From Eledone cirrhosa (lineage: Eukaryota): a DNA stretch of 64,000 nucleotides. Numbering within the stretch: the stretch's first letter is position 1; every line of letters starts with the position of its first letter. The DNA lies in contig OZ024742.1 in the NCBI GenBank assembly GCA_964016885.1, positions 346,828,001-346,892,000 on the forward strand, written 5' to 3'. The translations under genes and the position numbers were made by a program. Shown here piece by piece: positions 46,301 through 59,639 of this stretch. The notes under the pieces are model-generated. The model was not told where the DNA came from, ran no database searches, and saw nothing but the letters and a program-made list of their open reading frames with translations.

Positions 46301-49300
46301 ATACGTGTAATATAAGCCAACATTAAGATACTTGTAATATAAGCCTGCATTAAGATACTTGTAATATAAGCCTACATTAAGATACTTGTATTATAAGCCT
46401 ACATTAAGATACTTGTAATATAAGCCAACATTAAGATACTTGTAATATAAGCCTACATTAAGATACTCGTAATATAAGCCCACATTAAGATACTTCTAAT
46501 ATAAGACTACATTAAGATACTTGTATTATAAGCCGACATTAAGATACTTGTAATATAATTCCACATTAATATACTTATAATATAATCCCACATTAAGATA
46601 CGTGTAATATAAGCCTTCATTAAGATACGTGTAATATAATCAACATCAAGATACTTGTAATATAAGCCTACATTAAGATACTTGTAATATAAGCCTACAT
46701 TAAGATACTTGTAATATAAGCCTACATTAAGATACTCGTAATATAAGCCTACATTAAGATACTTGTATTATAAGCCTACATTAAGATACTTGTATTATAA
46801 GCCCACATTAAGATACTTGTAATATAAGTCCATATTAAGATACTTGTAATATAAGCCTACATTAAGATACTCGTAATATAAGTCTACATTAAGATACGTG
46901 TAATATAAGCCTACATTAAGATACTTGTATTATAAGTCAACATTAAGATACTTGTAATATAAGCCAACATTAAGATACTTGTAATAAAAGCCAACATTAA
47001 GATACTTGTATTATAAGCCTACATTAAGATACTTGTAATATAAGCCTACATTAAGGTACTTGTAATATAAGCCAAAATTAAGATACTTGTAACATTAGCC
47101 AACATTAAGATACTTGTAATATAAGCATACATTAAGATACTTGTAATATAAGCCTACATTAAGATACTCGTAATATAAGCCTACATTAAGATACTTGTAT
47201 TATAAGCCTACATTAAGATACTTGTATTATAAGCCCACATTAAGATACTTGTAATATAAGCCTACATTAAGATACTTGTAATATAAGCCTACATTAAGAT
47301 ACTTGTATTATAAGCCCGCATTAAGATACGTGTAATATAAGCCAAAATTAAGAGACTTGTAATATAAGTCTACATTAAGATACTTGTAATATAATCGCAC
47401 ATTAAGATACGTGTAATATAAGCCTACATTAAGATACTTGTAATATAAGCCCACATTAAGATACTTGTAATATAAGCCTACATTAAGATACGTGTAATAT
47501 AAGCCTACATTAAGATACTTGTAATATAAGTCTACATTAAGATACGTGTAATATAAGCCAACATTAAGATACTTGTAATATAAGCCGACATTAAGATACT
47601 TGTAATATAAGCCAACATTAAGATACTTGTAATATAAGCCAACATTAAGATACGTGTAATATAAGCCTACATTAAGTTACTTGTAATATAAGCACACATT
47701 AAGATACTTGTATTATAAGCCTACATTAAGATACTTGTAATATAATCCCACATTAAGATACTTATAATATAATCCCACATTAAGATACGTGTAATATAAG
47801 CCTACATTAAGATACGTGTAATATAAGCCAACATTAAGATACTTGTAATATAAGCCCACATTAAGATACTTGTAATATAAGCCCACATTAAGATACTTGT
47901 AATATAAGCCTAGATTAAGATACTCGTAATATAAGTCTACATTAAGATACGTGTAATATAAGCCTACATTAAGATACTTGTATTATAAGCCAACGTTAAG
48001 ATACTAGTAATATAAGCCCACATTAAGATACTTGTAATATAAGCCAACATTAAGATACTTGTAATATAATCCTACATTAAGATACCTGTATTATAAGCCC
48101 ACATTAAGATACTTTTAATATAATTCCACATTACGATACTTGTTATATAATCCCACATTGGGATACTTGTAATATAAGCCTATATTAAGATACTTTTAAT
48201 ATAAGCCTACATTAAGATACTTGTATTATAAGCCTACATTAAGATACTTGTATTATATGCCCACATTAAGATACTTGTAATATAATCCCACATTAAGATA
48301 CTTGTAATATAATCCTACATTACGATACTTGTTATATAATCCCACATTAAAATACTTGTAATATAAGCCGACATTAAGATACTTGTAATATAAGCCAACA
48401 TTAAAATACATGTAATATAAGCCTACATTAAGATACTTGTAATATAAGCCTACATTAAGATACTTGTAATATAATCCCACATTAAGATACTTGTAATATA
48501 AGCCAACATTAAGATACTTGTAATATAAGCCAATATTAAGATACTTGTAATATAAGCCTACATTAAGATACTTGTAATATAATCCCACATTAAATACTTG
48601 TAATATAAGCCAACATTAAGATACTTGTAATATAAGTCTACATTAAGATACTTGTAATATAAGCCTATATTAAGATACGTGTAATATAAGCCCACATTAA
48701 GATACTTGTAATATAAGCCTACATTAAGATACTTGTAATATAAGCCGACATTAAGATACTTGTAATATAAGCCTACATTAAGATACTTGTAATATAATCC
48801 CTCATTAAGATACTTTTAATATAAGCCCACATTAAGATACTTGTAATATAAGCCGACATTAAGATACTTGTATTATAAGCCTACATTAAGATACTTGTAA
48901 TATAATCCCACATTAAGATACTTGTAATATAATCACACATTATGATACGTGTAATATAAGCCTGCATTAAGATACGTGTAATATAAGCCAACATTAAGAT
49001 ACTTGTAATATAAGCCTGCATTAAGATACTTGTAATATAAGCCTACATTAAGATACTTGTATTATAAGCCTACATTAAGATACTTGTAATATAAGCCAAC
49101 ATTAAGATACTTGTAATATAAGCCTACATTAAGATACTCGTAATATAAGCCCACATTAAGATACTTCTAATATAAGACTACATTAAGATACTTGTATTAT
49201 AAGCCGACATTAAGATACTTGTAATATAATTCCACATTAATATACTTATAATATAATCCCACATTAAGATACGTGTAATATAAGCCTTCATTAAGATACG

Positions 49301-50090
49301 TGTAATATAAGTCAACATCAAGATACTTGTAATATAAGCCTACATTAAGATACTTGTAATATAAGCCTACATTAAGATACTTGTAATATAAGCCTACATT
49401 AAGATACTCGTAATATAAGCCTACATTAAGATACTTGTATTATAAGCCTACATGAAGATACTTGTATTATAAGCCCACATTAAGATACTTGTAATATAAG
49501 TCCATATTAAGATACTTGTAATATAAGCCTACATTAAGATACTCGTAATATAAGTCTACATTAAGATACGTGTAATATAAGCCTACATTAAGATACTTGT
49601 ATTATAAGTCAACATTAAGATACTTGTAATATAAGCCAACATTAAGATACTTGTAATAAAAGCCAACATTAAGATACTTGTATTATAAGCCTACATTAAG
49701 ATACTTGTAATATAAGCCTACATTAAGATACTTGTAATATAAGCCAAAATTAAGATACTTGTAATATTAGCCAACATTAAGATACTTGTAATATAAGCAT
49801 ACATTAAGATACTTGTAATATAAGCCTACATTAAGATACTCGTAATATAAGCCTACATTAAGATACTTGTATTATAAGCCTACATTAAGATACTTGTATT
49901 ATAAGCCCACATTAAGATACTTGTAATATAAGCCTACATTAAGATACTTGTAATATAAGCCTACATTAAGATACTTGTATTATAAGCCCGCATTAAGATA
50001 CGTGTAATATAAGCCAAAATTAAGAGACTTGTAATATAAGTCTACATTAAGATACTTGTAATATAATCGCACATTAAGATACGTGTAATA
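43320..50090. repeat. Higher-order repeat, 99-monomer (2671-bp) unit, ~2.5 tandem copies
   Basis: tcacacattatg occurs at 43591/46262/48933, ttggg at 45487/48158, and matching ORFs at 45582/48253. 2671 = 99x27 - 2, matching two 1-bp deletions. Confidence 0.9.
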
Positions 50091-52932
50091 TAAGCCCACA
50101 TTAAGATACTTGTAATATAAGCCTACATTAAGATACGTGTAATATAAGCCTACATTAAGATACTTGTAATATAAGTCTACATTAAGATACGTGTAATATA
50201 AGCCCACATTAAGATACTTGTAATATAAGCCTACATTAAGATACTTGTAATATAAGCCCACATTAAGATACTTGTAATATAAGCCAACATTAAGATACGT
50301 GTAATATAAGTCTACATTAAGTTACTTGTAATATAAGCCCACATTAAGATACTTGTATTATAAGCCTACATTAAGATACTTGTAATATAATCCCACATTA
50401 AGATACTTATAATATAATCCCACATTAAGATACGTGTAATATAAGCCTACATTAAGATACGTGTAATATAAGCCAACATTAAGATACTTGTAATATAAGC
50501 CCACATTAAGATACTTGTAATATAAGCCCACATTAAGATACTTGTAATATAAGCCTAGATTAAGATACTCGTAATATAAGTCTACATTAAGATACGTGTA
50601 ATATAAGCCTACATTAAGATACTTGTATTATAAGCCAACATTAAGATACTAGTAATATAAGCCCACATTAAGATACTTGTAATATAAGCCAACATTAAGA
50701 TACTTGTAATATAATCCTACATTAAGATACTTGTATTATAAGCCTACATTAAGATACTTATAATATAAGCCCACATTAAGATACTTGTATTATAAGCCTT
50801 CATTGAGATACTTGTAATATAAGCCTACATTAAGATACTTGTATTATAAGCCTACATTAAGATACTTGTATTATAAGCCTACATTAAGATACTTGTATTA
50901 TAAGCCCACATTAAGATACTTGTAATATAAGCCGACATTAAGATACTTGTAATATAATCCCACATTAAGATATTTGTAATATAAGCCTACATTAAGATAC
51001 GTGTAATATAAGCCAACATTAAGATACTTGTAATATAAGCCTACATTAAGATACTCGTAATATAAGCCTACATTAAGATAATTGTAATACAAGCCAACAT
51101 TGAGATACTTGTAATATAAGCCAACATTAAGATACTTGTAATATAAGCCAACATTAAGATACTTGTATTATAAGCCTACATTAAGATACTTGTAATATAA
51201 GCCTACATTAAGATACTTGTAATATAAGCCAACATTAAGATACTTGTAATATAAGCCAACATTAAAATACTTGTAATATAAGCCTACATTAAGATACTCG
51301 TAATATAAGCCTACATTAAGATACTTGTATTATAAGCCTACATTAAGATACTTGTATTATAAGCCTACATTAAGATACTTGTAATATAAGCCCATATTAA
51401 GATACTTGTAATATAAGCCCACATTAAGATACTCGTAATATAAGTCTACATTAAGATACGTGTATTATAAGCCTACATTAAGATACTTGTAATATAATCC
51501 CACATTAAGATACTAGTAATATAAGCCTTCATTAAGATACTTGTAATATAAGTCTACATTAAGATACTTGTAATATAAGCCTATATTAAGATACTTGTAA
51601 TATAAGCCTACATTAAGATACTTGTAATATAAGCCGACATTAAGATACTTGTAATATAAGCCTACATTAAGATACTTGTAATATAATCCCACATTAAGAT
51701 ACTTGTAATATAAGCCCGCATTAAGATACTTGTAATATAAGCCGACATTAAGATACTTGTATTATATGCAAACATTAAGATACTTGTAATATAATCCCGC
51801 ATTAAGATACTTGTAATATAATCCCACATTAAGATACGTGTAATATAAGCCTACATTAAGATACGTGTAATATAAGCCAACATTAAGATACTTGTAATAT
51901 AAGCCTGCATTAAGATACTTGTAATATAAGCCTACATTAAGATACTTGTATTATAAGCCTACATTAAGATACTTGTAATATAAGCCAACATTAATATACT
52001 TGTAATATATGCCTACATTAAGATACTCGTAATATAAGCCCACATTAAGATACTTCTAATATAAGCCTACATTAAGATACTTGTATTATAAGCCGACATT
52101 AAGATACTTGTAATATAATCCCTCTTTAAGATACTTGTAATATAATCCCACATTAAGATACTTGTAATATAAGCCAACATTAAGATACTTGTAATATAAG
52201 CCTACATTAAGATACTTGTAATATAAGCCGGCATTAAGATACTTGTAATATAAGCCTACATTAAGATACTTGTAATATAATCCCACATTAATATACTTAT
52301 AATATAATCCCACATTAAGATACGTGTAATATAAGCCTTCATTAAGATACGTGTAATATAAGTCAACATCAAGATACTTGTAAGATAAGCCTACATTAAG
52401 ATACTTGTAATATAAGCCTACATTAAGATGCTTGTATTATAATCCTACATTAAGATACTTGTATTATAAGCCCACATTAAGATACTTGTAATATAAGCCT
52501 ACATTAAGATACTTGTATTATAAGCCTACATTAAGATACTTGTATTATAAGCCCACATTAAGATACTTGTAATATAATCCCACATTAAGATACTTGTAAT
52601 ATAATCCCACATTAAGATACTTGTTATATAATCCCACATTAAGATACTTGTAATATAAGCCGACATTAAGATACTTGTAATATAATCGCACATTAAGATA
52701 CGTGTAATATAAGCCTACATTAAGAAACTTGTAATATAAGCCCACATTAAGATACTTGTAATATAAGCCTACATTAAGATACGTGTAATATAAGCCTACA
52801 TTAAGATACTTGTAATATAAGTCTACATAAAGATACGTGTAATATAAGCCCACATTAAGATACTTGTAATATAAGCCTACATTAAGATACTTGTAATATA
52901 AGCCCACATTAAGATACTTGTAATATAAGCCA

Positions 52933-55900
52933 ACATTAAGATACGTGTAATATAAGCCTACATTAAGTTACTTGTAATATAAGCCCACATTAAGATACTT
53001 GTATTATAAGCCTACATTAAGATACTTGTAATATAATCCCACATTAAGATACTTATAATATAATCCCACGTTAAGATACGTGTAATATAAGCCTACATTA
53101 AGATACGTGTAATATAAGCCAACATTAAGATACTTGTAATATAAGCCCACATTAAGATACTTGTAATATAAGCCAACATTAAGATACTTGTAATATAAGC
53201 CTAGATTAAGATACTCGTAATATAAGTCTACATTAAGATACGTGTAATATAAGCCTACATTAAGATACTTGTATTATAAGCCAACATTAAGATACTAGTA
53301 ATATAAGCCCACATTAAGATACTTGTAATATAAGCCAACATTAAGATACTTGTAATATAATCCTACATTAAGATACTTGTATTATAAGCCCACATTAAGA
53401 TACTTTTAATATGATTCCACATTACGATACTTGTTATATAATCCCACATTGGGATACCTGTAATATTAGCCTATATTAAGATACTTTTAATATAAGCCTA
53501 CATTAAGATACTTGTATTATAAGCCTACATTAAGATACTTGTATTATAAGCCCACATTAAGATACTTGTAATATAATCCCACATTAAGATACTTGTAATA
53601 TAATCCTACATTACGATACTTGTTATATAATCCCACATTAAAATACTTGTAATATAAGCCGACATTAAGATACTTGTAATATAAGCCAACATTAAAATAC
53701 ATGTAATATAAGCCTACATTAAGATACTTGTAATATAAGCCTACATTAAGATACTTGTAATATAATCCCACATTAAGATACTTGTAATATAAGCCAACAT
53801 TAAGATATTTGTAATATAAGCCAATATTAAGATACTTGTAATATAAGCCTACATTAAGATACTTGTAATATAATCCCACATTAAATACTTGTAATATAAG
53901 CCAACATTAAGATACTTGCAATATAAGTCTACATTAAGATACTTGTAATATAAGCCTATATTAAGATACGTGAAATATAAGCCCACATTAAGATACTTGT
54001 AATATAAGCCTACATTAAGATACTTGTAATATAAGCCGACATTAAGATACTTGTAATATAAGCCTACATTAAGATACTTGTAATATAATCCCTCATTAAG
54101 ATACTTTTAATATAAGCCCACATTAAGATACTTGTAATATAAGCCTTCATTAAGATACTTGTATTATAAGCCTACATTAAGATACTTGTAATATAATCCC
54201 ACATTAAGATACTTGTAATATAATCACACATTATGATACGTGTAATATAAGCCTGCATTAAGATACGTGTAATATAAGCCAACATTAAGATACTTGTAAT
54301 ATAAGCCTGCATTAAGATACTTGTAATATAAGCCTACATTAAGATACTTGTATTATAAGCCTACATTAAGATACTTGTAATATAAGCCAACATTAAGATA
54401 CTTGTAATATAAGCCTACATTAAGATACTCGTAATATAAGCCCACATTAAGATACTTCTAATATAAGACTACATTAAGATACTTGTATTATAAGCCGACA
54501 TTAAGATACTTGTAATATAATTCCACATTAATATACTTATAATATAATCCCACATTAAGATACGTGTAATATAAGCCTTCATTAAGATACGTGTAATATA
54601 AGTCAACATCAAGATACTTGTAATATAAGCCTACATTAAGATACTTGTAATATAAGCCTACATTAAGATACTTGTAATATAAGCCTACATTAAGATACTC
54701 GTAATATAAGCCTACATTAAGATACTTGTATTATAAGCCTACATTAAGATACTTGTATTATAAGCCCACATTAAGATACTTGTAATATAAGTCCATATTA
54801 AGATACTTGTAATATAAGCCTACATTAAGATACTCGTAATATAAGTCTACATTAAGATACGTGTAATATAAGCCTACATTAAGATACTTGTATTATAAGT
54901 CAACATTAAGATACTTGTAATATAAGCCAACATTAAGATACTTGTAATAAAAGCCAACATTAAGATACTTGTATTATAAGCCTACATTAAGATACTTGTA
55001 ATATAAGCCTACATTAAGATACTTGTAATATAAGCCAAAATTAAGATACTTGTAATATTAGCCAACATTAAGATACTTGTAATATAAGCATACATTAAGA
55101 TACTTGTAATATAAGCCTACATTAAGATACTTGTAATATAATCCCACATTAAGATACTTGTAATATAAGCCCGCATTAAGATACTTGTAATATAAGCCGA
55201 CATTAAGATACTTGTATTATAAGCCAACATTAAGATACTTGTAATATAATCCCGCATTAAGATACTTGTAATATAATCCCACATTAAGATACGTGTAATA
55301 TAAGCCTACATTAAGATACGTGTAATATAAGCCAACATTAAGATACTTGTAATATAAGCCTGCATTAAGATACTTGTAATATAAGCCTACATTAAGATAC
55401 TTGTATTATAAGCCTACATTAAGATACTTGTAATATAAGCCAACATTAATATACTTGTAATATATGCCTACATTAAGATACTCGTAATATAAGCCAACAT
55501 TAAGATACTTCTAATATAAGCCTACATTAAGATACTTGTATTATAAGCCGACATTAAGATACTTGTAATATAATCCCTCTTTAAGATACTTGTAATATAA
55601 TCCCACATTAAGATACTTGTAATATAAGCCAACATTAAGATACTTGTAATATAAGCCTACATTAAGATACTTGTAATATAAGCCCGCATTAAGATACTTG
55701 TAATATAAGCCTTCATTAAGATATTTGTAATATAAACCCACATTAATATACTTATAATATAATCCCACATTAAGATACGTGTAATATAAGCCTTCATTAA
55801 GATACGTGTAGTATAAGTCAACATCAAGATACTTGTAAGATAAGCCTACATTAAGATACTTGTAATATAAGCCTACATTAAGATGCTTGTATTATAATCC

Positions 55901-58900
55901 TACATTAAGATACTTGTATTATAAGCCCACATTAAGATACTTGTATTATAAGCCCACATTAAGATACTTGTAATATAAGCCTACATTAAGATACTTGTAT
56001 TATAAGCCTACATTAAGATACTTGTATTATAAGCCCACATTAAGATACGTGTAATATAAGCCTACATTAAGTTACTTGTAATATAAGCCCACATTAAGAT
56101 ACTTGTATTATAAGCCTACATTAAGATACTTGTAATATAATCCCACATTAAGATACTTATAATATAATCCCACGTTAAGATACGTGTAATATAAGCCTAC
56201 ATTAAGATACGTGTAATATAAGCCAACATTAAGATACTTGTAATATAAGCCCACATTAAGATACTTGTAATATAAGCCAACATTAAGATACTTGTAATAT
56301 AAGCCTAGATTAAGATACTCGTAATATAAGTCTACATTAAGATACGTGTAATATAAGCCTACATTAAGATACTTGTATTATAAGCCAACATTAAGATACT
56401 AGTAATATAAGCCCACATTAAGATACTTGTAATATAAGCCAACATTAAGATACTTGTAATATAATCCTACATTAAGATACTTGTATTATAAGCCCACATT
56501 AAGATACTTTTAATATGATTCCACATTACGATACTTGTTATATAATCCCACATTGGGATACTTGTAATATTAGCCTATATTAAGATACTTTTAATATAAG
56601 CCTACATTAAGATACTTGTATTATAAGCCTACATTAAGATACTTGTATTATAAGCCCACATTAAGATACTTGTAATATAATCCCACATTAAGATACTTGT
56701 AATATAATCCTACATTACGATACTTGTTATATAATCCCACATTAAAATACTTGTAATATAAGCCGACATTAAGATACTTGTAATATAAGCCAACATTAAA
56801 ATACATGTAATATAAGCCTACATTAAGATACTTGTAATATAAGCCTACATTAAGATACTTGTAATATAATCCCACATTAAGATACTTGTAATATAAGCCA
56901 ACATTAAGATATTTGTAATATAAGCCAATATTAAGATACTTGTAATATAAGCCTACATTAAGATACTTGTAATATAATCCCACATTAAATACTTGTAATA
57001 TAAGCCAACATTAAGATACTTGCAATATAAGTCTACATTAAGATACTTGTAATATAAGCCTATATTAAGATACGTGAAATATAAGCCCACATTAAGATAC
57101 TTGTAATATAAGCCTACATTAAGATACTTGTAATATAAGCCGACATTAAGATACTTGTAATATAAGCCTACATTAAGATACTTGTAATATAATCCCTCAT
57201 TAAGATACTTTTAATATAAGCCCACATTAAGATACTTGTAATATAAGCCTTCATTAAGATACTTGTATTATAAGCCTACATTAAGATACTTGTAATATAA
57301 TCCCACATTAAGATACTTGTAATATAATCACACATTATGATACGTGTAATATAAGCCTGCATTAAGATACGTGTAATATAAGCCAACATTAAGATACTTG
57401 TAATATAAGCCTGCATTAAGATACTTGTAATATAAGCCTACATTAAGATACTTGTATTATAAGCCTACATTAAGATACTTGTAATATAAGCCAACATTAA
57501 GATACTTGTAATATAAGCCTACATTAAGATACTCGTAATATAAGCCCACATTAAGATACTTCTAATATAAGACTACATTAAGATACTTGTATTATAAGCC
57601 GACATTAAGATACTTGTAATATAATTCCACATTAATATACTTATAATATAATCCCACATTAAGATACGTGTAATATAAGCCTTCATTAAGATACGTGTAA
57701 TATAAGTCAACATCAAGATACTTGTAATATAAGCCTACATTAAGATACTTGTAATATAAGCCTACATTAAGATACTTGTAATATAAGCCTACATTAAGAT
57801 ACTCGTAATATAAGCCTACATTAAGATACTTGTATTATAAGCCTACATTAAGATACTTGTATTATAAGCCCACATTAAGATACTTGTAATATAAGTCCAT
57901 ATTAAGATACTTGTAATATAAGCCTACATTAAGATACTCGTAATATAAGTCTACATTAAGATACGTGTAATATAAGCCTACATTAAGATACTTGTATTAT
58001 AAGTCAACATTAAGATACTTGTAATATAAGCCAACATTAAGATACTTGTAATAAAAGCCAACATTAAGATACTTGTATTATAAGCCTACATTAAGATACT
58101 TGTAATATAAGCCTACATTAAGATACTTGTAATATAAGCCAAAATTAAGATACTTGTAATATTAGCCAACATTAAGATACTTGTAATATAAGCATACATT
58201 AAGATACTTGTAATATAAGCCTACATTAAGATACTTGTAATATAATCCCACATTAAGATACTTGTAATATAAGCCCGCATTAAGATACTTGTAATATAAG
58301 CCGACATTAAGATACTTGTATTATAAGCCAACATTAAGATACTTGTAATATAATCCCGCATTAAGATACTTGTAATATAATCCCACATTAAGATACGTGT
58401 AATATAAGCCTACATTAAGATACGTGTAATATAAGCCAACATTAAGATACTTGTAATATAAGCCTGCATTAAGATACTTGTAATATAAGCCTACATTAAG
58501 ATACTTGTATTATAAGCCTACATTAAGATACTTGTAATATAAGCCAACATTAATATACTTGTAATATATGCCTACATTAAGATACTCGTAATATAAGCCA
58601 ACATTAAGATACTTCTAATATAAGCCTACATTAAGATACTTGTATTATAAGCCGACATTAAGATACTTGTAATATAATCCCTCTTTAAGATACTTGTAAT
58701 ATAATCCCACATTAAGATACTTGTAATATAAGCCAACATTAAGATACTTGTAATATAAGCCTACATTAAGATACTTGTAATATAAGCCCGCATTAAGATA
58801 CTTGTAATATAAGCCTTCATTAAGATATTTGTAATATAAACCCACATTAATATACTTATAATATAATCCCACATTAAGATACGTGTAATATAAGCCTTCA

Positions 58901-59050
58901 TTAAGATACGTGTAGTATAAGTCAACATCAAGATACTTGTAAGATAAGCCTACATTAAGATACTTGTAATATAAGCCTACATTAAGATGCTTGAATTATA
59001 ATCCTACATTAAGATACTTGTATTATAAGCCCACATTAAGATACTTGTAA
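52933..59050. repeat. Tandem duplication of a 3104-bp (115-monomer) block
   Basis: Matching ORFs at 53544/56648 and 55541/58645, ttggg at 53449/56553, and tcacac at 54224/57328. 3104 = 115x27 - 1. Confidence 0.92.
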
Positions 59051-59639
59051 TATAAGCCTACATTAAGATACTTGTATTATAAGCCTACATTAAGATACTT
59101 GTATTATAAGCCCACATTAAGATACTTGTAATATAATCCCACATTAAGATACTTGTAATATAATCCCACATTAAGATACTTGTTATATAATCCCACATTA
59201 AGATACTTGTAATATAAGCCGACATTAAGATACTTGTAATATAATCCCACATTAAGATACTTGTAATATAAGCCTACATTAAGATACGTGTAATATAAGC
59301 CAACATTAAGATACTTGTAATATAAGCCAACATTAAGATACTTGTAATATAAGCCAACATTAAGATACTTGTAATATAAGCCAACATTAAGATACTTGTA
59401 TTATAAGCCTATATTAAGATACTTGTAATATAAGCCTACATTAAGATACTTGTAATATAAGCCAACATTAAGATACTTGCAATATAAGCCAACATTAAGA
59501 TACTTGTAATATAAGCCTACATTAAGATACTTGTAATATAAGCCTACATTAAGGTACTTGTATTATAAGCCTACATTAAGATACTTGTATTCTAAGCCCA
59601 CATTAAGATACTTGTAATATAAGCCTACATTAAGATACT

